From the NCBI RefSeq assembly GCF_963853765.1, contig NC_088859.1:50344001-50408000 (forward strand): 64,000 bases of DNA, written 5' to 3'. Positions 38,892-51,544 of the stretch are shown here, piece by piece. The number at the start of each line of letters is the position of its first letter. Position 1 is the stretch's first letter. The notes under the pieces were generated by a model. The model did not search any database. It was not told where the DNA came from and saw only the letters and a list, made by a program, of their open reading frames with translations. The position numbers and the translations under genes are program-made. Source of the DNA: Magallana gigas. Taxonomy: Eukaryota.

Positions 38892-41800
38892 ATGTGGGCA
38901 TCGAAAACTGTGTTGTATAGTTTCACGGTCGTATTTGCTGTGGTTTACCTGTGTACGTGTGTTGTAGCACCCCCAACTCAGGGCAAACAAAAAACAGCAG
39001 GTGAGTAAAACTTAAGAATCTTAATTTCTGGAATTCGAAAAAAATTCATTGCCGATAACAATATCAAATTTCACTTTAAAAAAAGAGAACGTTGATAAAT
39101 GCATCTGAAAGTAGGTGAATATAAATATGGACACATATTTTGATAAGAATTGAGACTAATCAATGCTGGAATAATCATACTATGGAGTCCTTTCGTTTTG
39201 TTTTTTCATATAAAGCAAAAATATCAGAACTAAAAACTTGGATAAATATTCCATAAACACATTCTTTAAAATAAAACAAATGTAGCTTCTTTTCTCATGC
39301 AAGATTTAAATTGTGTCAAACATAGAAGACTTATGGAAGAAAAATTAAATTTGGTTAAATTCAATAAATAAAAGGTACTTAAACACACTTGTTTTAGAAA
39401 AATATTTATGAAGGTTTGTTAAAGGTCAAATAAATTCAACGAGAGAACGAAAAATATTATGTTATAAAAATAGGCGATATCTGGTCTTTTTTCTCTCTCA
39501 GTATTGATATATTGATAAAAATTGATGGATTTGATACACGGGATATTTTAATTACAGACACTAAGAAAAGTAGTTCTGACATTACTACAACTGACGCAGT
39601 GGCTGGAAATTCCTTCTTTGAGTCCACTGGCTCAGGGTATGAGCTAACTAGCCAGAACCCCGCCTACATTGAGGGCGACACGTCTGTGATTGATGAATCC
39701 AACCAAGGCACACCAGGTCGGTAAATGAGGCAGGACAGGTCAATAAACAAGATAATATAGATCGATAATCATACAAGACACTAAAGGCTGTTAAACAAGG
39801 CACGGTAGGTCGGTAAACAAGGCACGATAGGTCGGTAAACAAGGCACGGTAGGTCGGTAAACAACGCACGATAGGTCGGTAAACAAGGCACGATAGGTCG
39901 GTAAACAAGGCATGGTAGGTCGGTAAATAAGGGAAGATACCAAGGCTAAAGATAGCGAAGCTGGCATAGCGGGTCGGTAAACGCATGTGATTACTGCTTA
40001 CTGAATTCATTTAATCAAATCGAATGGAAATAAAAATGTTATGGTTGTGTTTTTAAGAGGCAGTCTACCATAGAACCATGCAAATGGCTATCAATGGAAG
40101 TATATCGAAATTTCATGAGACTTGGCACAGATATTCATGATAACCTAACTTGATTATAATGAGAATGATCTTTATTACATTACATCAGTAACTATGGAAA
40201 CGGATGGCACTTGGGTTTTCCCCTTGTTCTATTTATAGAACTTTTGAAAAATTAGACAGCATACAATTCTTTTTATTTTACTGGAAATATTACACACTGC
40301 AATTGAATGAAACCCGTTTCTTCACATTGTGGAAACCCATAGGTATTCTGAATAATAAGGAATTTAAATTTCTAAACACAATACACAAAGATATGTGGGC
40401 CTTAACTTCATGAAAATACTGAAATTTTACCAAAATTGACCTATTTGCACTAAAACTGGCATAACTGCCCAAGAAACGCATCAATTAATATAATATTTTG
40501 TCAGCTTATATGGTCTTTATTTGTCTTTAATCTGGTTGAGGGAATTTGGTTGCAAATGAAATTCAGTGGAAATTTTGGGGGGTGGGTGGATTTGGGAGGG
40601 GGTTGGGGTGGACATGGTGCACTTTTATCTAGGGTAAGAAAAATGCTATTACATAATTATTTAGATTTTCCTTGCCAAATAAAACAAGTAGTAATGGAGA
40701 ATTAAGTAGTCTTAAAAATTAAACACACAGAATTACTATGAATTGCCCTCAGTCGAGGGGCGGGGGGGGGGGGGGGGGGGCTGCAATTGAAAGGAAACTT
40801 GGACCATTAAGTTTGTCACCTAACAGCGACGTGCAGTGGGTTAGAGGGTGTACTACGAATCTGTAAGTCATGAGTTTGACTCCCGCTCTGGGTTTTTACA
40901 ATTTTTACCTCTCCAAATATTTTTAAAAGCTCTGTTTTGGTTAAATATTGTAAAATTTGAAAATTTTAAACCGGTGAAAGTATTTCAATCCCAATGTACA
41001 TTAATCCATATTAAAATCGAATTATGTCCCACAGCACCTCAATTTATATAAGCATCCGCTTTGACATAAAACTGTTAAAATACAATAACAATGGATTTCA
41101 TGTTACATGTATTCAAATTTAAATGAATGTACATATCAAACATTTTTTTTATCATATACATTTGTATTTTTGAGCAGAGTTTACAACATAAGTATATTGT
41201 TAAGATGATATCTGAGAAGAACACAGCAAATAACAATCTTTAACTTAATAAATAACCTGTTTAATATTCATGGATTATTTGTTACAGTTATAAACTTCAA
41301 AATGTACATATAACCACCTGATATGAAAAAAAAATCCTGAAAAGCCTACATGTAACACTCATTTATAAGAAATACTTGTAATGAGCCTTTGCTTCAAATG
41401 GAGCAAAAAGCAAAGACCAAATTATTGCAGTTATTTTCATGAAATATGAAAAGCCATTGTTTACAAAGCTATGAAATAAAATATGCAATACAACCAAATT
41501 TCAACCTACAATGAATACATCGGAAAGAGAATTTTAATTTTAGAAAAAAAGATACAAAATCAGTGAATTGAAATATTCATTATTCAGTTACATACGAAAA
41601 AAAGACAGAGATGTGCAATTAATTTAAATTTAGAAAGTTATCATCATCAATTAATACAAGTATCCCTATTAGCCAAATAAGATCATCAATAATACATGTA
41701 GTGCTATTAGTCAAGTAAAATCATCAATTTATACATGTAGCAATAGTGGACAACTATTATCAATTAATACATGTATCACTTTTGGCCAAATAACAACATC

Positions 41801-44800
41801 AATTCATACATGTAGTGCTATTAGTCAAATAAAATCATTAATTTATACATGTAGCCGTATAAGACATCTATTTTCAATTCATACATTTAACACTGTTAGA
41901 CAAATACATGTATTACCATCAATTTATACATGTAGCACTAATAACCAAACACCAACAATTCACACATGTAGCACTTATCTTTTAGTCAAATAAAATCATA
42001 AATTCATACATGTAGTGCTATTGAACAACCTTTATCATCATTCATACATGTTGCACTAAAAGCTAAATAACATTATTGATTCATACATATAGCACTGATA
42101 ACCAAACAACATCAATTCATACATGAACCACTATTTGCCAAATAACATCATCAATTTAAACATGTAGCAATTTAAGACAACAATGATCATTAATTCATGT
42201 ATGTACATGTTTCACTATTGGCCAAATAACATCATTAATTCATGTAGCGCTGTTAGCCAAATACATGTAACCTCATCAATTCATACATGTGGCGCTACTA
42301 GTCTAAGAACATCATCAATTCAAACGTATAGCACAATTAGCTAGCCAGGTAACACCATCAATTCACACTAGTGCTATAAGTCAACTTTTATCATCAAATC
42401 ATTCATAAAGTTTACATCCTCAATTGATACACGTAGCGCTATTGGCCAAATAACAATCAATTCATACCTGTAGCGCTATTAGTACAAAAACATTATCAAT
42501 TCATATATGTGTAGTGCTAATAGAGGACTAACATCATCATTCGTACATGAAATGCTATTATAGAACAGACAACATCAATTCATATATTAATTATGTAATG
42601 TTTTTAGCAAACTTACATCATCAATTCCTTCTTGTAGCACTATTAGACAAATAAAATTATCAATTCATACATGTAGCACTATTAAATAACTAACATCATT
42701 AATTCATACATGTAGAGCTACTAGCCAACATTCATACATGTAGCACTTTTGGCCAAATAACATCATCAATTCATACAAGTGATGTTAGACAACTCTTATC
42801 ATCAAATCATTAATGAAGTGCTATTATCTAGCTTACATCCTCAATTGATACATGTTTGTCTATTAATGGCCTAAAATAATCAATTTATACCTGTAGCGCT
42901 ATTAGAAGACTTACGTCATCAACTCATACACATGTAGTGCTATTAGATATATATAAATTTTATATATAAACATTATATAAATAGTGCCTGTTTGGGAGGG
43001 TAACAGTTGAAATTGACACCCCAAGGACACCATTGTCAACCTCCGCTTCGCGGAGGTTGACAATGGTTTTCGAGTAGTATTTAACATGAAAATATAATAA
43101 TATGAATTCATGCATGTATCACAATTCTCTTTGAATACTGAAGTTGATCAAGATTCATAGATGGCTGTGATTTTACAGGGGAGTACTTTCCATATGACAA
43201 TAATTTCACAGCTTCATTTAAGATTTCATGCTCTGTTCTTTCATCTTTGGACTGATCTGACCCCACAGTTTTCTGAGATGACAGAAGATCAAAATCTGAA
43301 AATAAATATATACCGGTATATTCATTAAAATATATGTATTCAAAGTATTAGACTAAACTCAGCTGTTGGATACACACATATATGTACCACTATAATACAC
43401 ATGTAAAGCATTGACAGCTTTAATAACAACTATATGACATTTCAGAAAAAATTATGCACTGTAAAATTTACATATGATAATCATTTCAAGTGGCAGCCAA
43501 TCTTTGAATGACCTTGATCCCTAAGATGATCACAGTGACTTTTATCTACATTTAGCATTGTCCTTGTGCCTGAATCACATTTAAACTCATTGAACTGTAA
43601 AACTGAAATTCAACAATACAGTTCAAGAAACATATATACCACCCATGCGGCAATAATGAAAAGGGTCAAAAAATTCATATTTGGAATATCTATGATAATC
43701 TATGATAATAATGCCAAGTATGCGTCATTAATCATCTTGTACATCATGTAATATTTTTTCACTGTTATACCTCTTGGGTTAGAAAAAGATATATCAGCGT
43801 CCATTGCTTCAGAATCTGTAGTTCTCTCTAATAAACAGCATATTTCTACAAAAGAGTACATTTAATGTATATCTAATATACCGGTAATGTATATGTAGTC
43901 TATATATTAACAAAAATATAGCCAAATCTTATTTCTGATTTTCATACACAATATCTAATGTACATATACAAGTATCAATTGGATATCCCAAATGTTGATT
44001 AGTTGAACTCTCAATAGACATATTGTAAAATAACTAAATATAAAGTGTAGATGATTAAAGATCTTTAACCATTAAAAGACACTGTTATTATCAGTTAATC
44101 TAATGTTGTCCAGCTAAATAAGTTTTTAGCATGAATACAAACTATAATGCTATCTTAATGGGACAAATACATTAACCATTTGAAATTCCCTTTGATTTTT
44201 AAGACATTTTTATGTATAAACCTGTTTTTCTCTTAAATACTTAAATGAAAGATCCAGGCCTGGCATGCCCCCCCCCCCCCTAAATATCTTTGGACAACAT
44301 TTGTTCTTACATGTAGTACTCCTCAACTCCTTTGTATTTATATTTTCTGTTTCATATGTAATGTACAACAAAGTTTTATGAGTTGAATACATCATAATAA
44401 TTCAGTCAATCAATTGTGTAAAAAACACACCTTTCAACTCCTCCTTTAGATCTGTATTAATCTTGACACAGTTTTCTCTCAATGCGTTTTCTGCGAACAC
44501 CTATTAATGGTAAAATTCCAAACATCTGATCATTCTGATGTGTCCATTATGCATTAATTTCCCCGTAAACGTTGGTTCATTTAACAGAGTTTTTGTTCAT
44601 AATCAAAACAATAATTTATCAGTGACAACAGGTAAGGAAATTGAGATCAAGCATGGGTTTATAAAAGCACTAATTCATTCCTTGAATAATAAAAATAGGT
44701 TTTCAAATTTGTATGAGTATTTCAACAAGTAAATTTTAAGTTTAGAACACTATACCACTATAAAAACTGAACTGTATATCTTTTCCATAGATATCTAATC

Positions 44801-46104
44801 AAATTGGGAGGGGGGCAGTTTTAATCTGATATTGATGTGCATTTATTTTATGCATACATACATGTAGTTTGTCCTAGCAATATTACTGGTACACATAAGA
44901 GTACTGTTATATAAATATTTTTGGTTTGTTAAGAATTATGTCATTGGGTAAAGGCAATTTTTTCTTACCAGAACCAGTTGGAAAATGTGTGCTCAGCTTC
45001 ATCCATATCTCTCGGCTTTGAATGAATGTAATTCCACTCGCGATTATGCCAGATTGAGATTGTTTATGTAGTGAATGACAACATGTTCTCCTTTTCCTTT
45101 TCCACTGAATTCCATATTCCTGCCTGTGTTTAGCACATGTACGCCCGCTGAAAATTGACAGCTTCAACCCATGCACACCAGCACGATGATTCTGGTATTT
45201 GTACAAAATCTGACTCAGAGGTACATTTAAAAAATCTCAAGTGTGCTGAAGTGTTTTTCTTACAATCCTAAAGTATATTATCTGCTTTCTCTTTACAATT
45301 TTCACCAAAACTACATTTCAAACCATCCATTTTGTTGACATCTGGCTTTCTCCAATCATTCTTCTTTATCTTCTTTACACGAGAGTTCCACAAAGGGAGA
45401 TAATTTAATTTGTAAAAATCCCGAATTTAAACACCGGAATATAAGCTTAATATTTATTTGCAACCGAATTCCCATTCAAATATATTTTTTTATGGATAAT
45501 TCTATTGTTTGAACCAAGAAACTCTAAATTTAAAACGTTTCTTGAGGTTTTATATCCTACTAAGAGAAGTAGTGTGTTTTGGACATTACCTATCTTATTA
45601 TAATATTTGATCATCTAGCTTAAAATCAACGAATGAATTAAAAAATATGTGTGCCCCAAATCAAAGGTATTTGTATCAGATGTTATGTGAATCTGACTCC
45701 ATGTATGATTAAACTCTATTTAATACTTAAATGACTCTATGAAATTAGCCTTATTCATGCATGAAATTTATTATGAATAATGAGCTAAAAATAGAAATGG
45801 TCTTATCTGGGGGATTTCAGTGGTACAGATAAATTTAACCATGAAAATTTGATAAAATAGACAATATACTTTAGATATATCCAGATAAACTATGAAAATT
45901 AATCTACACCCCTCATTATAAAATTTTGATTTTGCATGGTTCTATGGTAGACTGCCTCTTAATTCTATTTTATTAGATATGATACAAGATAAAGAGATTA
46001 CAATTTTAAACAAATATTTATGAAAAATTCTCAATATTTGGTATGATAATGTTCAGTTTTATGTTTCATTTACAGGCCATTTTAACTTCTTTGGATCAGG
46101 TTAA
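38892..46104 (+). CDS. Secreted Ser/Thr-rich acidic orphan protein, paralogue 2 (3 exons, 98 aa)
   Basis: Exons 38892-39000 (MWASKTVLYSFTVVFAVVYLCTCVVA, signal-like), 39558-39716 (DTKKSSSD...NQGTP), 46076-46104 (GHFNFFGSG*); phase-1 introns; sum 297 nt; TATA (gatatataaa ~38829) and aataaa ~46125. Confidence 0.72.
39790..39990 (+). repeat. 22-bp minisatellite (aggtcggtaaacaaggcacgat) in intron 2 of paralogue 2
   Basis: About 7-8 tandem units. Confidence 0.9.
40825..40890 (+). other. tRNA-like A/B-box segment inside the TTAA transposon
   Basis: gtgcagtgggttag ... gagtttgactccc. Confidence 0.35.
41630..42950 (+). repeat. Degenerate ~35-45 bp tandem repeat (atcaattcatacatgtagcactattagccaaataac)
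   Basis: Roughly 30 diverged units built around the palindrome tacatgta. Confidence 0.85.
42975..43072. mobile_element. Truncated terminal hairpin of the H3 hairpin-element family
   Basis: Matches the left arm and tip of the 50394-50541 hairpin; right arm stops after ggttttcg. Confidence 0.85.
43140..45400 (-). pseudogene. Decayed, apparently spliced coding remnants inside the TTAA transposon
   Basis: Minus-strand fragments CAKHRQEYGIQWKRKRRTCCHSLH and EILNEAVKLLSYGKYSPVKSQ, with stops/frameshifts and gt donors; no DDE motif recognised. Confidence 0.45.
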
Positions 46105-47679
46105 GAAGAAGAAATCATGTCGTTTAAGAATAAATATCTATTTTATTCTGATATAATGTCTTTTAGATTTCTTTTAATCCGTCTCCCTTTTTTCTCTGTG
46201 ATAAACTATTTGAAACTTTTAATCATAACAAAATATGAAATGTTTCTATTATCAAAGTAACAGTCAAATGAACTTTAGTAAAAAAAAAAAACTCTCTTTA
46301 AAGGACCCTCTGTAATAACAATCAAAGTACTCAAAGTACTGAAAAGCGCTAAGCCAGCCTCAGTGCTACTTTTTTCAAACCATTGTTAATATTTTAAAAT
46401 CATAATTATACAGAAAGTAAAAGAAAAAACAGTTTCATGAAAATGCATCATATGTATGAGATCCGGACCATACCATTTCAATCAATTTGAAGAGAAGCGT
46501 TTGTAATGTATATTAACTGATAAGTCAGCCCACGGACTGACTTATTACATGTAAGTAGAGATGAAAATTCGATTGCGCTTTTGTACATTGGAATTCTGGG
46601 AATGAATTAGACAGTCCTCGTTTAAGAAATTCGAAGTTATGAAACTGACTGTCCCTGGGTTCTGGAGTCTGCATATATACATTTCTCGAATTTGAGAGGA
46701 TATGTGGTGTAAAATTCAGAGAGCGATCTTTGCAATTTTAGAAGTCTATATAATTATAAATAACTAAAGTTGGTGTGAAGTCATACATTGTACCGCTGCA
46801 CGCCTGTCTCCTACCCTACAGTTATAAAAGTAAAGCGTGCAAACTCAATGTACACCCGCAGAATATTATTGTTCTGGTCATTATATATCTTGTATTTTTA
46901 TAGGTTGTATATTCAATTTTTATCTAAAATTAGCATTCCGCTGGCTGACTTTATTTCCTTTTTTAAATGCTAACCTTGTTGATATATACAGTGTACGCCA
47001 AGTTTTGAATACACTTGCTCAGTGAGTGAGCAAAACAAGACTCACCGTACCTTTTCACTAATTGAGACCGTAAAATATGACTTAATGTCATTGAATTTAA
47101 AATTGACAAATTGCACAAGAAAATCACGACATGAATCAAAAGATCAAAGTTACACAACAAATATTTTTAAAAATATCACGTTGATAAATTTGTCATCCTT
47201 TGAGGGTCTCAAATTTTTTTCTATGTAACTTTTGATATAGCAACAAGACAAGAGAATATCTCTGATTGCATGCTTTGACATTCCGAGATCCGCACCACTG
47301 GCCATCCTTTGTTTACATCGCACAGAGGTCACCCAACATGCCTCTAATAATAGCAGCATGGAATGTCTCGTGGCATGTTTAGTTGTGTAATAGGCAATGC
47401 ACCTCAGACTTCACTGATATTGTGACAGTTTGCCATTTGTTCTGATTTCGATTAAGTAAACCCACAACTCTACGTTCTTTTGCAAAACCTGGGATCTTGA
47501 TAGAAACTTAAGGATACCATGATCTTGCTATTTTTAGAATTCGAGCGTCGCTCAGCATGATCACTAGGTGGCGCTTATAAAAACATCATGAGATTTGGTG
47601 CATCCCTAATAAGCGCTAGCGTATGCGCTTAGCGCTTAAAAAGTAGATATAAAAAACGGTGTGTCGTATATTGCAAAGT

Positions 47680-48355
47680 ATATTATACAAATATTGACTG
47701 GTTTTGAGGGCAACATTGATTATATTAGCCCCCGAGGGACGAAATATTGCCCGACGCGAAGCGGAGGGCAATATTTTCGTTCCAAGGGGGCTAATATAAT
47801 CAATGTTGCCCGAAAACACAGTCAACATTTGTTTTGTTATAAGAAGAAACAATCCAAAATTTAAGAAAGTAATTGAAAACAGATCGCCGTAATTTTCTCA
47901 GCTCAACAAAGAATTCACGAATTCAATTTTGTGCAAAGTTCATTTTCAAAATATCCTCAGCATCAAACGGTCACTGGTGATATTCCGCCGACCGTAAGAA
48001 TTAACATACAGACGTTCTACCTGATTTCATTTCACAGTAATTCCCAAATCATTATATCCGTTATGCTAGCAAACAGTTGCATTGCGCGTCCGTTGTTTAC
48101 TTGCCTTGACTGACTGTCTATTATGACGTCACCTTGTTTTGGAGTCGCGAAGAGTTATTTACGTCATCGTTTACGAATCAACAAATCAGAGGCGATTATT
48201 TGAAGTAGAGGGAATGTTCTCTAGATATTATTCCAAGCCGGTCAATATCAAAAATATATTGACCGGTCAATATTTTTCGGACGAGCTAATATAACAGTTA
48301 TTGACTATTTGTCTCGATAGAGTTATATAGTGAGAATATACTACTGAATATAACA
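47680..48355. mobile_element. Hairpin-ended non-autonomous element H1, copy A
   Basis: ~150-bp imperfect palindrome centred on the GAA loop at 47758-47760, followed by a ~500-bp body ending tatactactgaatataacaat. Confidence 0.85.
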
Positions 48356-48365
48356 ATGCAAAGTA

Positions 48366-49589
48366 TATTATACAAATATTGACTGGGGTTGAGGGCAACA
48401 TTGATTATATTAGCCCCCGAGGGACGAAATATTGCCCGACGCGAAGCGGAGGGCAATATTTTCGTCTCAAGGAGGCTAATATAATCAATGTTGCCCGAAA
48501 ACACAGTCAACATTTGTTTTGTTATATGAAGAAACAAACCAAAATTTAAGAAAGTAATTGAAAACAGATCGCCTTAATTTTCTCAGCTCAACAAAGAATT
48601 CACGAATTCAATTTTGTGCAAAGTTCTTTTCCAAAATATCCTCGGCATCAAACGGTCACTGGTGATATTCCGCCGACCGTAAGAATTAAAATACAGATGT
48701 TCTACCTGATTTTACTTTACAGTTATTCGCAAATCCTTTTATCTGTTATGTTGTTATACTTTCATGTTAAATACTGAAATCTGATTGGTTAAGACGCAGT
48801 TAATAATATTTACTATTACCCTCAGCGTTAGCAACGCACTTGGCAACGGGTAACATTATACAAATATTGACTGGGGTTGAGGGCAACATTGATTATATTA
48901 GCTCCCGAGGGACGAAATATTGACCAACGCGAAGCGGAGGGCAATATTTTCGTCCCAAGGGGGCTAATATAATCAATGTTGCCCAAAACACAGTCAACAT
49001 TTGTTTTGTTATATGAAGAAACAAACCAAAATTTAAGAAAGTAATTGAAAACAGATCGCCGTAATTTTCTCAGCTCAACAAAGAATTCACGAATTCAATT
49101 TTGTGCAAAGTTCATTTTCAAAATATCCTCAGCATCAAACGGTTACTGTAGCTATTCCGCCGACCGTACGAATTTACATACAGACGTTCTACCTGATTTT
49201 ATTTCACGGTAATTCGCAAATCCTTATATCCGTTATGATAGCAAACCGTCGCATCGCGCGTCCGTTGTTTACTTGCCTTTACTGACTGTCTATTATGACG
49301 TCACCTTGTTTTGGAGTCGCGAAGAGTTATTTACGTCATCGTTTACGAATCAACAAATCAGAGGCGATTATTTGAAATAGGGGGAATGATCTCTAGATAT
49401 TATTCCTAGCCGGTCAATATCAAAAAAATATTGACCGGTCAATATTTTTCGGACGAGCTAATATCAGGCACGTAGCATCGTTTTTGAAAGTGGGGGGGGC
49501 CAGACCCATCCAAAAAATTTTGACAAGCAAAAAAAACAAAAAAAAACGGAAATTTAAAGTTTCCACAAATCTTCAAAATCCTAATCCGT

Positions 49590-49620
<31 letters not shown>

Positions 49621-49696
49621 AAACTATACTTCCAAAAAATAAAAATTCTTCCCTACCAAAATTTTTTCCCTCCAAATTAAGAAATTCCTAATCCGT

Positions 49697-49734
<38 letters not shown>

Positions 49735-50833
49735 GGTAACTACAATTTGACTCCTCATTTCCTTATTTTCATATCAATTTTTTACTTACTTCCAAAAAAG
49801 TGGGGGGGCCAACTCATTATAATTCATTTTTTTATAGGTAAATTTTGAAAAAAATTGTTCCTGCGAGAAAAAGTGGGCCTGAATATTACAGTTATTGACT
49901 ATTTGTCTATATAGAGTTATATAGTGAGAATATACTACTGAATATAACAATAAAAATTGTTATACTCCTGTAAAACAGTTACTATATAACTCTATACGAA
50001 AAAAAGTCAAGCATATTGACTGTTGGACTGGAACTGTTGGATTGGAACTGTTAAAATCGACTGTTAAAAAAGACTGTTGACCGGTGACGTCACATTCCGC
50101 GAAAACGTGTTATTGATTAGAAGGGGTATAACAAAACAGTTGTTGACTGTGTCTCGGGCAACAGTTGATCTGTCGGACCGGCTTGCAAACTGTTGCCCGC
50201 GGCCTTCGGCCTTGGGCAACAGTTTATGAGCCGGTCCGACAGATCAACTGTTGCCCTCGACCCCAGTCAACAACTGTATAATGTTACATGCGCGAAAATT
50301 ATGCGCGTACGGTTCGCTGTAGAATTCACGTTATTTCTATATAAAAGCAGTAAAATTTTCTTAAAATTTTTAAAAAAGACATTCAGTATAACAAAATAAA
50401 TAGTGCCTGTTTGGGAGGATAACAGTTGAAATTGACACCCCTCGAAAACCATTGTCAACCTCCGCTTCGCGTCGGTTGACAATGGTTTTCTCGGGGTGTC
50501 AATTTCAACTGTTACCCTCCCAAACAGGCACTATTTATATAATAGCAAACCGTCGCATTGCGCGTCCGTTGTTTACTTGCCTTGAATGACTTCTATTATG
50601 ACGTCACCTTGTTTTGGAGTCGCGAAGAGTTATTTACGTCATCGTTTACGAATCAACAAATCAGAGGTAATTATTTGAAATAGAGGGAATGTTCTCTAGA
50701 TATTATTCCTAGTCGGTCAACATCAAAAAAATATTGAACGGTCAATATTTTTCGGACGAGCTAATATAACAGTTATTGACTATTTGTCTATATTGAGTTA
50801 TATAGTGAGAATATACTACTGAATATAACAATA
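48366..50833. mobile_element. H1 copy B split by a nest of insertions (H3 element containing H1 copy C, a G-rich MITE and H2)
   Basis: B left 48366-48750 ends ...atctgttatg; B right resumes at ~50542 atagcaaaccgtcgc; these join contiguously in copies A and C. H3 = 48752-48858 + 50279-50541; H1-C = 48859-49464 + 49882-49950; MITE = 49465-49881; H2 = 49951-50278. Confidence 0.75.
49465..49881. mobile_element. G-run-rich MITE inserted in H1 copy C
   Basis: Ends caggc...gcctg with aatat duplicated on both sides; interrupts gagctaatat|aacagttattgac, which is intact in copy A. Confidence 0.65.
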
Positions 50834-51544
50834 AAAGTTATAATATTATGCATTGATAATTGAAACCACAATTTTTTCCTAACCGTTTTTTTACAAGAAC
50901 CAGCCATGATTATGTCACGAAAAATATATTTGTCACGAAAAATGTTTCGTGCTTAGGATTGTGGTTGTTAAGGTTGGTGTTCTGTAATTGATAAATGGGG
51001 TCGATATACAATAAAGATATTTATTCCACGAAGATCCAGCATAAAGTCTATTATAAACAAATGATAAAAATGATGACAAATAAAACAGAATACTAAACAA
51101 TGAGTCTTCACAAAACATGTATAGAGATGCAACATAAAAAGGACCACAATAAAAATGAGTCTCTGCATACTCTAACACGGGTGTAACATAAACACATGCT
51201 AAGTGAATATTGACCACATTAAATCTGTGTTTTATAAGTACATATCTTTATCATATGATTATAAATAAAAATTAAAATAAATGAGGGGAAAATTAACTAA
51301 AATGGAGAAATCGCTTGGCTATGATGAGGACCATAATTATTGAAATGTCAACTATGTTTATTAACAAGTAGTAGTTAGCTACAAACCTATTAGCGCGAGT
51401 ACATATGTACTCGGCTATGTTGACGAGCCGAAATAAAAATGTAAAGTGGATTAAAGTTAAATATAGAAATAAGTTCAAATAAAAGAAAGCGTAGGTAAAA
51501 AAAACAAAAAAACACTTACATTATAATTTAAGAACGATCGATTG

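Larger units (their letters stand above)
40057..45958. mobile_element. 5.9-kb Kolobok-type DNA transposon (TTAA TSD, purine-start TIRs) in intron 2 of paralogue 2
   Basis: ttaa|gaggcagtctaccatagaaccatgcaaa ... tttgcatggttctatggtagactgcctc|ttaa; 28-bp perfect TIR; TTAA with RR termini fits Kolobok rather than piggyBac (which typically starts CC). Confidence 0.82.

Noticed and set aside
38860-38935. Possible hammerhead ribozyme (ctgatga...gaaa) at the orphan gene start, also at ~56325
   Set aside because: Stem I does not pair and stem II lacks the closing G-C pair; the gaaa is coding sequence (S-K).
47616-50482. Repeated short ORFs (NIDYISP..., MQSSFSKYPQHQ..., QLLSSQTGTIY)
   Set aside because: They come from non-coding hairpin elements; palindromy produces mirror ORFs on both strands.
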